Assembly (NCBI GenBank): GCA_017629145.1
Contig: JAGBXR010000042.1
Location: forward strand, 2,000-65,999
From: Alistipes sp.
GTDB lineage: Bacteria; Bacteroidota; Bacteroidia; Bacteroidales; Rikenellaceae
DNA: 64,000 bases
Direction: 5' to 3'
How positions within the stretch are numbered: position 1 is the stretch's first letter; each line of letters starts with the position of its first letter. A program made the translations under genes and the position numbers. The notes below the pieces were generated by a model. The model searched no databases. It saw only the letters and a program-made list of their open reading frames with translations, and had not been told where the DNA came from. Below, piece after piece: positions 1 through 8,683 of the stretch.

Positions 1-512
1 AACGGAGTGAGGTCGATTCCTTTGTGGGGACGCTCGAGTATTAATTGCCCATTCTGGTAGCGTCGATAGCTTTCGCCGTCATAGAGTTCCATAGTACTAG
101 CCTTGTCTTGCCACTTGATAGCCATTTTAACCGTTGACTCCTCTTTGTGGATCTCAACGGTGCCCTTCGTCGGAGCACCATCGATATCAACATTGTAGAG
201 ATAGTAGAGATCATTGCTCTCTGTGACATTTGCGGTGAATTGAACGAGGTAGTTGTCCGATTCGAGGAATTGAATCATTGCTCGTTCGACCATCTCGCGG
301 GCGGTGCTGGTCTGCACACCTTTGATACCAACGAAGAGAGCGATAGCAACTACTGCGGCAATACCTCCAACGCGTGCAAATTGCCAAATAAAGCGGCGGC
401 GCAGTGCGGGTGCAGTGACTTTGAATTCGAGGTTGGTTGTGGGAGCGAATCGGGGTGAGAGAATATCGACCACGCGATCGTCTGAATAGTTATCTAGATT
501 GTTAGTTTTCAT
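1..512 (-). CDS. Probable membrane-anchored anti-sigma factor-like protein (partial, runs off the window edge)
   Basis: Not in the ORF track. ATG at 512, frame open to position 1: MKTNNLDNYSDDRVVDILSPRF..., one hydrophobic segment (VGGIAAVVAIALFVGI). Lies directly downstream of the ECF sigma gene. Confidence 0.65.
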   Translation of the reverse strand, partial: MKTNNLDNYSDDRVVDILSPRFAPTTNLEFKVTAPALRRRFIWQFARVGGIAAVVAIALFVGIKGVQTSTAREMVERAMIQFLESDNYLVQFTANVTESNDLYYLYNVDIDGAPTKGTVEIHKEESTVKMAIKWQDKASTMELYDGESYRRYQNGQLILERPHKGIDLTP

Positions 513-535
513 TGTGATTACTTGTTTTTAGTTTG

Positions 536-1048
536 TTAGATTAACCCGCGCTCCGCGAGAGCCTCGCGCAGCTTGTCGATGCCGTAGCGAAAGCGCGACT
601 TAGCCGTTGTGAGCGGTATGTCGCAGATTGCAGCGATCTCCGAAAATTGACGTCCGCCATAGATTCGCAAGCGGATCACTTCATTCTGTTCGTCAGGTAG
701 CAAAGCCATCAGTCGCTCAATCAATCGAAACTCTTGCTCGAAATCTTTGGGCTCAAGGTCGTCGCTCGATATTGTGTCGAGTGCGTCGGTTGATGTGAAA
801 TTTCGGTGCGAGCGTAGACGCGAAATGCAACTATTTGAGAGCGAGCGATAAACATATCCTTGCAAATCGTCGATATAGGCAAGTCGTGATGGGTGCTTCG
901 ACAGCCTTAAATATAGGTCTTGGAGTGTGTCCTCGGCCTCGGCTGCCGATCCTAACCGATAACAGGCGTAGCGAAACAGATGGTCGCGCTCGGACTGCAT
1001 TAGTTGAGCAAGGCGAGTAAGTTGTTCTCTTTCTGTTGTTTGTTTCAT
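536..1048 (-). CDS. ECF (sigma-70 family) RNA polymerase sigma factor
   Basis: 170 aa; region 2 (LFRYACYRLG..AEDTLQDLYLRL) and region 4 (LPDEQNEVIRL..FSEIA..TAKSR). Confidence 0.92.
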   Translation of the reverse strand: MKQTTEREQLTRLAQLMQSERDHLFRYACYRLGSAAEAEDTLQDLYLRLSKHPSRLAYIDDLQGYVYRSLSNSCISRLRSHRNFTSTDALDTISSDDLEPKDFEQEFRLIERLMALLPDEQNEVIRLRIYGGRQFSEIAAICDIPLTTAKSRFRYGIDKLREALAERGLI

Positions 1049-1283
1049 AATTCGTCGTATTTATCAGGAACGCGTTTCTAACCATATAACGCGCGAATGT
1101 CGAAAAAGACTTAAATCACTGTACGAATTTACGAAAAAAGAGGATTGCCCACAGAACAAACCTCATCCAACTCAATTTTATCCTCCGAAGAGAACCAATG
1201 TCGCAGTTTGGCGCACCAGGTTCTTACGGCTCTGGTTTAACTCTCGGTTTAACTCAGCCTGCGTAAACCAGCCAAAAAACAAC

Positions 1284-1314
1284 AAAAAAAGCAGCTACAT
1301 TTTGCTGTAACTGC
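1284..1314 (-). terminator. Intrinsic terminator after tRNA-Phe
   Basis: Minus strand GCAGTTACA-GCAAAA-TGTAGCTGC followed by T7. Confidence 0.7.
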
Positions 1315-1326
1315 TTGATTTTCAAG

Positions 1327-1399
1327 TGGTGCCACCGGGATTCGAACCAGGGACACAAGGATTTTCAGTCCTTTGCTCTACCAACTGAGCTATGGCACC
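1327..1399 (-). tRNA. tRNA-Phe (GAA)
   Basis: GGTGCCATAGCTCAGTTGGTAGAGCAAAGGACTGAAAATCCTTGTGTCCCTGGTTCGAATCCCGGTGGCACCA; cloverleaf, anticodon GAA. Confidence 0.97.
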
Positions 1400-1434
1400 A
1401 TCATTATGTAACGCTTATTTCTTGTAAGCGAGTG

Positions 1435-1465
1435 CAAAGATATACACTTTTTTTTATTCTGCAAA
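1435..1465 (-). promoter_or_regulatory. Bacteroidota housekeeping promoter for tRNA-Phe
   Basis: Minus strand TTTG-N19-TATCTTTG (-33/-7 consensus TTTG...TAnnTTTG). Confidence 0.7.
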
Positions 1466-1655
1466 CTTTTTTGTGAAAATTTTTTCAATAAAAATTAAAC
1501 CGAATAAATATTCTTATGCTTAAATAGTTGATAGCCAGTTGATAGGGTAATTGTATTGGCGTGAAATTTTTTTTGGTTTTTTTGCTTCCAAAATTTTAAT
1601 TACCTTTGTATAGCGACAAATTGCGATTTCCACTCCTTTATAACCTGTTTAATTT

Positions 1656-1972
1656 ATGGAGCAGACCATACAAAAAAAATCCTCGTCTTGAGGTTGTCGA
1701 TGCCTTGAGAGGTTTCGCTTTATTAGCAATACTGCTTGTTCATAATGTCGAGCACTACATATTTTCGGTATATCCCACCGAGTCGCCTGCTTGGCTTGAC
1801 GCTCTTTGCTACGGCTGTGGATATGTGGCAGAAGCTCGCCTTTACCTTTGTATTGCTATCGTCATTCGTGTTGTTGTATCGCAGAGATGGCATTAGAAGC
1901 CGTATTGCACGATTGTCGACATATGATCAGGGACCATTCGAGCGTCTGTGGCATAAGTGGACCTGGATGTAG
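1656..1972 (+). pseudogene. DUF418/YeiB-like membrane protein remnant (frameshifted, large internal deletion)
   Basis: N-terminal motif RLEVVDALRGFALLAILLVHN and C-terminal motif QGPFERLWHKWTW lie within about 320 bp in different frames; ATG 1656 is out of frame at an A8 run. Confidence 0.75.
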
Positions 1973-2267
1973 ATACGAGGCTTTATAGAGTGGTAATCAG
2001 CGAGTGGGGTAGTGTCGAAAATCTATCTAGCAAATAGACCATAAAAATCGCCGTAGGATAAGTTCTGCGCCACTTTTAATGTCGGCTGCGTTATGTCGAG
2101 AAAAGTGTAATAAGCATAAAAAATCGATGTAAGGCAATAAAAAGTTGGACTAAGGGTCGTTTATTTGCTATCTTTTCCCTATATTTGTGGTTGCGAAGAA
2201 GTTCTTCGTTGGATCTGCACCGCGAATACAGATCCCTAAATGACCAGGAAACTAAAACTTATTTGTG

Positions 2268-3242
2268 ATGATAACGAATCTTAAGACTACATTCGCAGGC
2301 TTGAAACTAAGCAGTCCTATTATTGCTTCAGCAAGTCCTCTAACGGCTACTGCCGAGCAGTGTGTCGAGCTCGAGAAGGCTGGTGTCGCAGCTATCGTTG
2401 TAAAGAGCATCTTCGAGGAGAGTATTGCGCATAACTCGCAGGAGCTTGCCGACGTTCTTTCTCACGGTGAGGAGACCGACTACCTCGATGGCTACATTGG
2501 TGAGCAGATGGTTTCAGAGTGGCGTTCTACGCTCAAGAGTATCAAGGATGCTTGCACAGTGCCTATTATCGCATCTATGGCGTGCCGTAAGATCGACACG
2601 TGGGAGCGCTATGCACGTGTTGCCGACGAGGTGGGTGTCGATGCTTTGGAGCTCAACCTTATGAACGTAGCACGTAATACACGTCATACCCCATATGGCG
2701 ATACAGAGCATCATCTTGTACGCACGGTTGAGGTAGTACGCAAGATTACCTCGTTGCCTATCATCGTCAAGCTGGCATCGAATATGACTAATCCAGCGGC
2801 GCTTGTCGATCGTCTTAAGGCTTGTGGTGCCGATGGTGTAGTACTTTTCAATCGCCCCTATCCAGTAGATATCGATATCGAGACTCGTGAGTATATTACA
2901 GGTCAGGTGCTCACAACACCATACAACCTCGCAACGCCTCTTCGCTGGACAGGTATCCTCTCGGCCGAGGTGCCAGCCATCGACTATGCCCTCTCGGGAG
3001 GTGTCAAGAATTGGCAGGATATCGTCAAGGCTATACTCGCCGGTGCATCGGCTGTTGAGCTATGTAGTGCGTTGTATGAGCACGGCATCGACTATATCAA
3101 GGAGCTTAAGCAGGGTCTTGAGGAGTGGCAGCAGTCGCATTTCGAGGAGTCTGTAGATAGCTATCGCGGACGTATGAATGCATCAAACAGTGAGTATGCA
3201 GCATCGTTGTTCCGAGCTCATTACCTCCACTTTAAGTCGTAA
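2268..3242 (+). CDS. Dihydroorotate dehydrogenase-like FMN protein
   Basis: LKLSSPIIASASPLT, KSIFEE, LPIIVKL, GVVLFNR, SGGVKNWQDIVKAILAGASAVELCS. Confidence 0.88.
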   Translation: MITNLKTTFAGLKLSSPIIASASPLTATAEQCVELEKAGVAAIVVKSIFEESIAHNSQELADVLSHGEETDYLDGYIGEQMVSEWRSTLKSIKDACTVPIIASMACRKIDTWERYARVADEVGVDALELNLMNVARNTRHTPYGDTEHHLVRTVEVVRKITSLPIIVKLASNMTNPAALVDRLKACGADGVVLFNRPYPVDIDIETREYITGQVLTTPYNLATPLRWTGILSAEVPAIDYALSGGVKNWQDIVKAILAGASAVELCSALYEHGIDYIKELKQGLEEWQQSHFEESVDSYRGRMNASNSEYAASLFRAHYLHFKS

Positions 3243-3259
3243 TTGCTTATAAACAGATA

Positions 3260-3296
3260 AGTGCCCCCAGAAGTTTATGTAGCTTCTGGGGGCACT
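3260..3296. terminator. Hairpin terminator between convergent genes
   Basis: AGTGCCCCCAGAAG / CTTCTGGGGGCACT, perfect 14-bp inverted repeat. Confidence 0.8.
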
Positions 3297-3373
3297 CCTT
3301 ATTTAATATATTTCTATATAAACTCTCGCTTTTTACACTTATGTGCTTAAAGTTGTGTCTTTATGCCTAGATG

Positions 3374-5473
3374 CTAAAGATATTCGTTTACATAGTTAAA
3401 GAACACATTGCCAAAAGCTTCGATGTTGTATAGTGTAACATGAGAACCCATAGTCTTCATAAATGCGTCAGAGTATAGATCTCGAATAGGTATCGTCTTG
3501 CTATCTATATTTTGGATTGTTCCAATTACTGCAGACGTAAAACTATTTGTTAGGTATGTCTGCCATGCTGTAGCATACGACTCTGCTTTCGAGGTCTCGT
3601 ATTCATTAGCTGCAGTCATAAGAAGCAACCTAGGAGTGCCCTCACATGCCGAAGCAACGCTGCCGCTGTAGCACGCCTCGATAATTCCGAAGAGCTTACG
3701 ATATTTTCCCTCGGTATACATCTCGTTGAATAGCCCAGAGAGATATTCTCCGTTAAGCGTTTGCTGGTTTTTATCCCATACAAGAGTGCCTGGTATGCCG
3801 TGGCCCGACCATACAAAGAGTAGATTATGGCTGCTATCCGAGTTTAGTACTACGGGTAGTTTCTCGCTCGCTCTGCTCAGTAGAATATTCTTAAGGTCGT
3901 ACGGCGTGATCTGATCCAATTTGTAGTCTATCACGACATCTTCATAGAGATTTTCAAGACTTTTTTTATCTCTAATTACTTGACCCGGATATGGATTATG
4001 GCTATCGTGGGCTATGTCGTCGGCCATAATCAGAATAATATCATCGTCGCTAAAGTTGTTTCTCTTGAGGAGCTGATAATAAGCGAGAATATCGGCCTGA
4101 TGACGATAGTTATCCCAACCTTTGGATGCTGCCACTAATACAGCTTTACTTCCTTCGCAGGGCTGCAAATCGGACTCCTCTTGAGTCTCGTCAAACTCCT
4201 GATCATAGATCTTATTCCATATCCATGCACCATAGATAGACGAGCTTATGCCATCTTCGCCACGACTAATATAGTCCGTCTGATAGAAGTTAAAATCGCC
4301 CAAGTATTGCACAGCGTATGTCGAATAGTTGATAATTGAGTGAATGTCAGGCGTGAACGATAAGTCTCCGCTTGCGCCACTGATGGTCGGTATAGTGTGC
4401 TCACCAACAATCTGCTCGTATGACCATCTAATAGCATCACAGGTCCAGCCTCCCATATGTTTGCCTTCGGTTTCGAGTAGCTGGTATACCGCACTATTTA
4501 GCGATATGTCGAATTCTGTCGAGATAGCATAGGCAAGGCATGAAATCATTATAGCATCGTATAGCTCCGCCTCTCCAAATATTGGCGTTTGCCCATATCG
4601 AGCGGTGTAGACATCGTGAAAGCCGCTATGAGGATCCGCTACGGGTGTGATACCACACATATAAAACTGTCGTGTGCTGTCCATTTTTTTTAGAATCTGA
4701 AGCGTCTTGTTGCTGAACGCAGCATTGGAATAGTATCCATTGTGGGTGTGCATGGCCATCTCGGCTGCCTCTTCGGCTGTACTTGGCACACAGACAATAG
4801 GGCAGGATAGAACCGATAACTCCTCTAGAAGAGGTGCTATTTCGCTGATATGACTATAAGTCAATATTTTGATAGGTGTAAGTCCTAACTCGGTAGCTTG
4901 GAAGGCAAACCAGTCCACAAACGTCTGACCCGACGATGCACTATTGGCCAGCAGTGCTACATCCGTATTAGCGGCTATATTTTGTGCGATTTGTGCCAAG
5001 AGAACCTCGCTTATGGTGATATCACTCTCTGATAATCCCCACATAAATCCCATTCTTGAGTATTTACGGATTATCTCCTGAGAGGTGTTGAACGTAAACA
5101 TCGGTTTCGGCTGCTTGAGTCGCGACATCTGATATGCCAATATCTCGGTATTGTCGTTATCCTCACAACCTATGACGCAGTTGATAGACTCATCTCTGGC
5201 AAGCTGATATGCGAGAGTCATCATATCGTAGTTTGCCTCATCATAAAACTCGAACACGGGCATAATGTCCGTAGCATCGCTAATATTTTTGCGTGCCAGC
5301 TCCATTATTCTACTCCATCTGTCGTATGAATCCTGCGTTAAAACGATCGCAATTTTAACGTTTTGAAAGCTCTTCGCCTCATTGCCAGCTTCAGAGGTCT
5401 TTGAGCAGCTAACCATCAATAAATGAAGTGCCAGAATTAGGAATATGTGATACACTCTACTCATTAGCTTCAC
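3374..5473 (-). CDS. Lipoprotein: type I periplasmic-binding (LIVBP/ANF-like) domain fused to a C13 legumain-like peptidase
   Basis: Lipobox LMVSC; C13 motifs AVLVA..GWDNYRHQAD, IILIMADDIA..NPYPG, WSGHG, IEACYSGS; N-terminal KIAIVL..VIG..LYDA..GASGDLSF pattern. Confidence 0.85.
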   Translation of the reverse strand: MKLMSRVYHIFLILALHLLMVSCSKTSEAGNEAKSFQNVKIAIVLTQDSYDRWSRIMELARKNISDATDIMPVFEFYDEANYDMMTLAYQLARDESINCVIGCEDNDNTEILAYQMSRLKQPKPMFTFNTSQEIIRKYSRMGFMWGLSESDITISEVLLAQIAQNIAANTDVALLANSASSGQTFVDWFAFQATELGLTPIKILTYSHISEIAPLLEELSVLSCPIVCVPSTAEEAAEMAMHTHNGYYSNAAFSNKTLQILKKMDSTRQFYMCGITPVADPHSGFHDVYTARYGQTPIFGEAELYDAIMISCLAYAISTEFDISLNSAVYQLLETEGKHMGGWTCDAIRWSYEQIVGEHTIPTISGASGDLSFTPDIHSIINYSTYAVQYLGDFNFYQTDYISRGEDGISSSIYGAWIWNKIYDQEFDETQEESDLQPCEGSKAVLVAASKGWDNYRHQADILAYYQLLKRNNFSDDDIILIMADDIAHDSHNPYPGQVIRDKKSLENLYEDVVIDYKLDQITPYDLKNILLSRASEKLPVVLNSDSSHNLLFVWSGHGIPGTLVWDKNQQTLNGEYLSGLFNEMYTEGKYRKLFGIIEACYSGSVASACEGTPRLLLMTAANEYETSKAESYATAWQTYLTNSFTSAVIGTIQNIDSKTIPIRDLYSDAFMKTMGSHVTLYNIEAFGNVFFNYVNEYL

Positions 5474-6482
5474 GTTCTCTAAAATATGTTTTCTCCTTGT
5501 CGATAGCCTGCTTTAGATACGAGTCAAGTTGCGGACGATCCTCCTCCAATAGTTTAGCTACATCTACGCTAACAACTCCCGATTCAAGCGTGTAGAATAT
5601 GTGTTTTGGAGGCTCTTGACCTTGAATCCATAGTTCTAAGAAGTTGTCCAAAGCCAAATCCATGTGCTTGCTCATACATAGATAGGTGTGGCTATATAGA
5701 TCTGGAACTATGCAATCTACGCCTACCGTAATTCGGTGGTTTGACTCCGAGAAGCGATAGATGCCAAGATTACTCAATCCTGCGTACGGAACGAAAATAT
5801 CAAAGTTGTTCTTAATGCTATAATCGGCCTGTTTGCATGCTATAAATGCGAGGTTGTCATCGTCAAGACCTCCCGTTGGCGAGCTGTCAAGGTGGGTTAC
5901 ATTAACACTGCCTTGAGCCGACTCCTCGCACGCATTGGTTAAACCATCAATCACATAGTTTAGACCATCAAGATAGGGGTTTGCTGCGATGATTTGAAAA
6001 TCTGCTGGAGCATTGCTCAGATAATACGAGCCAATCATATACGATGCACCGTAGTATGTCATCGCAAAGGTGTAGGCGTACGGTAGCTCCTTCTCAACCT
6101 CAAATATCAGAACATCCCTGCGCGGATTATCCGATATGTGTGTGGCATCTGCGAGGTACTCCTCATAGAGGTTCGAAGCGAAAATGAACAAACAACGAGT
6201 ATTGTCGTCTAATTCGGTATTACACCATGCATTGTAATAGGCCATTCCATCCTCTATCGTATCAGGTATGGAGAACGAGTATTCGTAGCCATATTTCTGC
6301 GACAGGGTCTCTATGGCCATAAGTATTGAGTCGTTGTACCCCATATTACAGAAACCATCTGGAGTAAACACGACACTTATATAAACCTTTTCAGACGTAC
6401 CCTGGAATTCATCCTTTGAGCACGCCGAAAAGATAGTCAGCAGTAGTATGATATTTATTGTCGCAAATAAAACTCTGCGCAT
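5457..6482 (-). CDS. BMP-family substrate-binding lipoprotein
   Basis: Lipobox FSAC; VFTPDGF.NMGYNDS, VPYAG.SNLG, VGVDC motifs; overlaps the C13 gene start. Confidence 0.72.
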   Translation of the reverse strand: MRRVLFATINIILLLTIFSACSKDEFQGTSEKVYISVVFTPDGFCNMGYNDSILMAIETLSQKYGYEYSFSIPDTIEDGMAYYNAWCNTELDDNTRCLFIFASNLYEEYLADATHISDNPRRDVLIFEVEKELPYAYTFAMTYYGASYMIGSYYLSNAPADFQIIAANPYLDGLNYVIDGLTNACEESAQGSVNVTHLDSSPTGGLDDDNLAFIACKQADYSIKNNFDIFVPYAGLSNLGIYRFSESNHRITVGVDCIVPDLYSHTYLCMSKHMDLALDNFLELWIQGQEPPKHIFYTLESGVVSVDVAKLLEEDRPQLDSYLKQAIDKEKTYFREREANE

Positions 6483-6492
6483 TTATCACCTT

Positions 6493-8073
6493 TTAGAAAT
6501 TTAGTGCACTATCTGTCGTGAGGCATGGAACATAGACGCTCGATGGCTCCTCGCCCCAGGTCCACTCATTAGAATCCTGATTCATCAATGAGGTCCATCC
6601 CAGTTCGAACTGCGACCACGAGTCGTAGGTATATGTCCACGCAAACGATCCCTCGAACAACGTAATCTTGAGAATGTCAAATTCGGTAGACCACTCTGCG
6701 ACCTTGTATCCGAGAATCTTAAACTCGCAACCTAACTCTCCCGAGATTCCTGCATAGGCACCGACCTCGCCCTCTACGTTGATCTCCTCGCCGCCTATGG
6801 CTGCCGAAACCGAAGCCGCTGCAGATAGGTTTGGACCAACCGAGAGTTTAGGACCTGCGCTACCTGCCAAGTAGATGCCTACCTCGAAGAATATGCCAGC
6901 ATTAGCCTCTGCCTCAGCTGTGCCCTGCACGCCATCGAAGCTAAAGCCCTTCGACGATGTGCCCTCCTTCGATGTGTCTCTCCAGCCGCTGCGGGGCTCA
7001 TATAGACAGCCCTTCTCGAAGCCTCGCTGATACATTGCCGATGCATAGACATCGACAGTTCCTGTAGCCTCAGCCGATACCTTCTGCTTAATCGAGCTCT
7101 CAATGGTGTAGGGCACGGGAACAAGACCAACCCAGAATACCGACGTTACCTTGCCGATGCGCATGATTCTCTTCTCCCAGGACTTTGCTAACTTACCCTT
7201 GATACCTACAGCCAACTTAGCCGATAACTCTGTATTACCCTTAACGCCTGATTCGAACCTCTTAAGCGAGAACCAGCCAACCTCGACATTAGCATAGGCC
7301 GAGAATAGTGCCTCTACGCCAACCTTGCCCTGAAAATGCACCTTGCCACTCGCCTCATCGTCAGTCTTCTCGTCATCATCATTGTCATCCTCCTCCTCTT
7401 TTTCGAGAGGATATGTCAAGTCGATTTCAAAGTCTGAATCAACGTTGATGACGTTGAAGCTAAAGTTATTCTCGAGGAACTCCTCGGCTGTAAAGTAGTT
7501 CTTTGTTGAGCCTGTTCGTGTTTGCATAGCAAGCATAACATCAGAGTCCTCTTCAAAGATTACAACGGCGGGGTGGTAGATACCCTCCTCATCCATATAT
7601 TTCTGTGATACATCCTCCACCTCGGCTCTTGTACCGCTTCTTGTTCCCACCGCACGTACATAATCTCTATTCACATAGATATCTGTATCCAACGACATCT
7701 CGACATTCTCGAACATGTCAGCGAACTCACCCTTCTCTGTTGTGAGTATGATTCTGTCGTTCTCTACCTTCGAGTCTGTGATGATGCGAACGAAGGGCAC
7801 GGTGCTGATAGACTGCCAAATTGTAACTGCTCGGTCGTTAAAATCGGTGATACCCATCTTCTCGGCATACTCCGAGCTTACAGATATGAGTGTATAGTCT
7901 GGCGAGATGATCTTTACGTCATCGGGCGTGATGAAGTCATCGTATGTCATTACGAAGGGTTCTTTTCTTTCGGGCTGAGGAGACTCGATCTGTGGCTCGC
8001 TCTTCTCGCATGCCGATAACAAAATCATAAAAACGGCCATTAAGACCGATAGTTTTAGAAAATTCGTCTTCAT
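6493..8073 (-). CDS. Uncharacterised beta-rich lipoprotein
   Basis: 526 aa, lipobox LSAC, acidic linker, C-terminal half of alternating Gly/Ala/Val beta strands. Confidence 0.75.
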   Translation of the reverse strand: MKTNFLKLSVLMAVFMILLSACEKSEPQIESPQPERKEPFVMTYDDFITPDDVKIISPDYTLISVSSEYAEKMGITDFNDRAVTIWQSISTVPFVRIITDSKVENDRIILTTEKGEFADMFENVEMSLDTDIYVNRDYVRAVGTRSGTRAEVEDVSQKYMDEEGIYHPAVVIFEEDSDVMLAMQTRTGSTKNYFTAEEFLENNFSFNVINVDSDFEIDLTYPLEKEEEDDNDDDEKTDDEASGKVHFQGKVGVEALFSAYANVEVGWFSLKRFESGVKGNTELSAKLAVGIKGKLAKSWEKRIMRIGKVTSVFWVGLVPVPYTIESSIKQKVSAEATGTVDVYASAMYQRGFEKGCLYEPRSGWRDTSKEGTSSKGFSFDGVQGTAEAEANAGIFFEVGIYLAGSAGPKLSVGPNLSAAASVSAAIGGEEINVEGEVGAYAGISGELGCEFKILGYKVAEWSTEFDILKITLFEGSFAWTYTYDSWSQFELGWTSLMNQDSNEWTWGEEPSSVYVPCLTTDSALNF

Positions 8074-8197
8074 AAGTCTATGTGTAATAATTTATCTAAC
8101 GTCTACAAATCTGTGTGTAAATTGCTAATACCCATATAAAACCACCGTTTTTAATCCTCGGTATAAATCGGTAGGTCAAAACGCGCAGTCACTATTT

Positions 8198-8566
8198 TTA
8201 CTTTCTGAAAATGAAGTAAACGGCCAAAACTAGACAAGCAAATCCTGCCAGGTGGTTCCATTTCAGTGGGTCACCCTTGACAAAGAGCACCGCAAAGAGT
8301 GTGAATACCACCAGCGAGATAACCTCCTGGATAACCTTTAGCTGCCAGAGTGTGAATGGACCGCCAAGCTCCTGGCTGCCGATACGGTTGGCTGGCACCT
8401 GGAAACAATATTCAAAGAGTGCGATACCCCAGCTGAGGAGTACAATGGCAAGCATTCCATACTTCTCAATCTTCGATTTGAATGCAATATGGCCATACCA
8501 CGCGAGTGTCATAAACACATTTGAACATATGAGCAGACCGATAGTCGCTATTCCCTTCATCAACAT
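8198..8566 (-). CDS. DMT family small membrane protein (DUF486)
   Basis: SNVFMTLAWYGH, SWGIALFEYCFQVPANRIG, QLKVIQEVISL. Confidence 0.92.
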   Translation of the reverse strand: MLMKGIATIGLLICSNVFMTLAWYGHIAFKSKIEKYGMLAIVLLSWGIALFEYCFQVPANRIGSQELGGPFTLWQLKVIQEVISLVVFTLFAVLFVKGDPLKWNHLAGFACLVLAVYFIFRK

Positions 8567-8683
8567 AATCTATATATCTTTTTGAAATTTAGCACAAAGG
8601 TAGTCAAAATGGCTCTTTCACCAAATCTTTGGTCGGAAAAGTTGGACTGCCTTACCTCTTTCTTTTCGTCAAGCCTCTCTTGG

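Noticed and set aside
3297-8197. Bounded mobile element around the C13 operon
   Set aside because: No integrase or transposase and no flanking direct or inverted repeats seen; only compositional evidence of foreign origin
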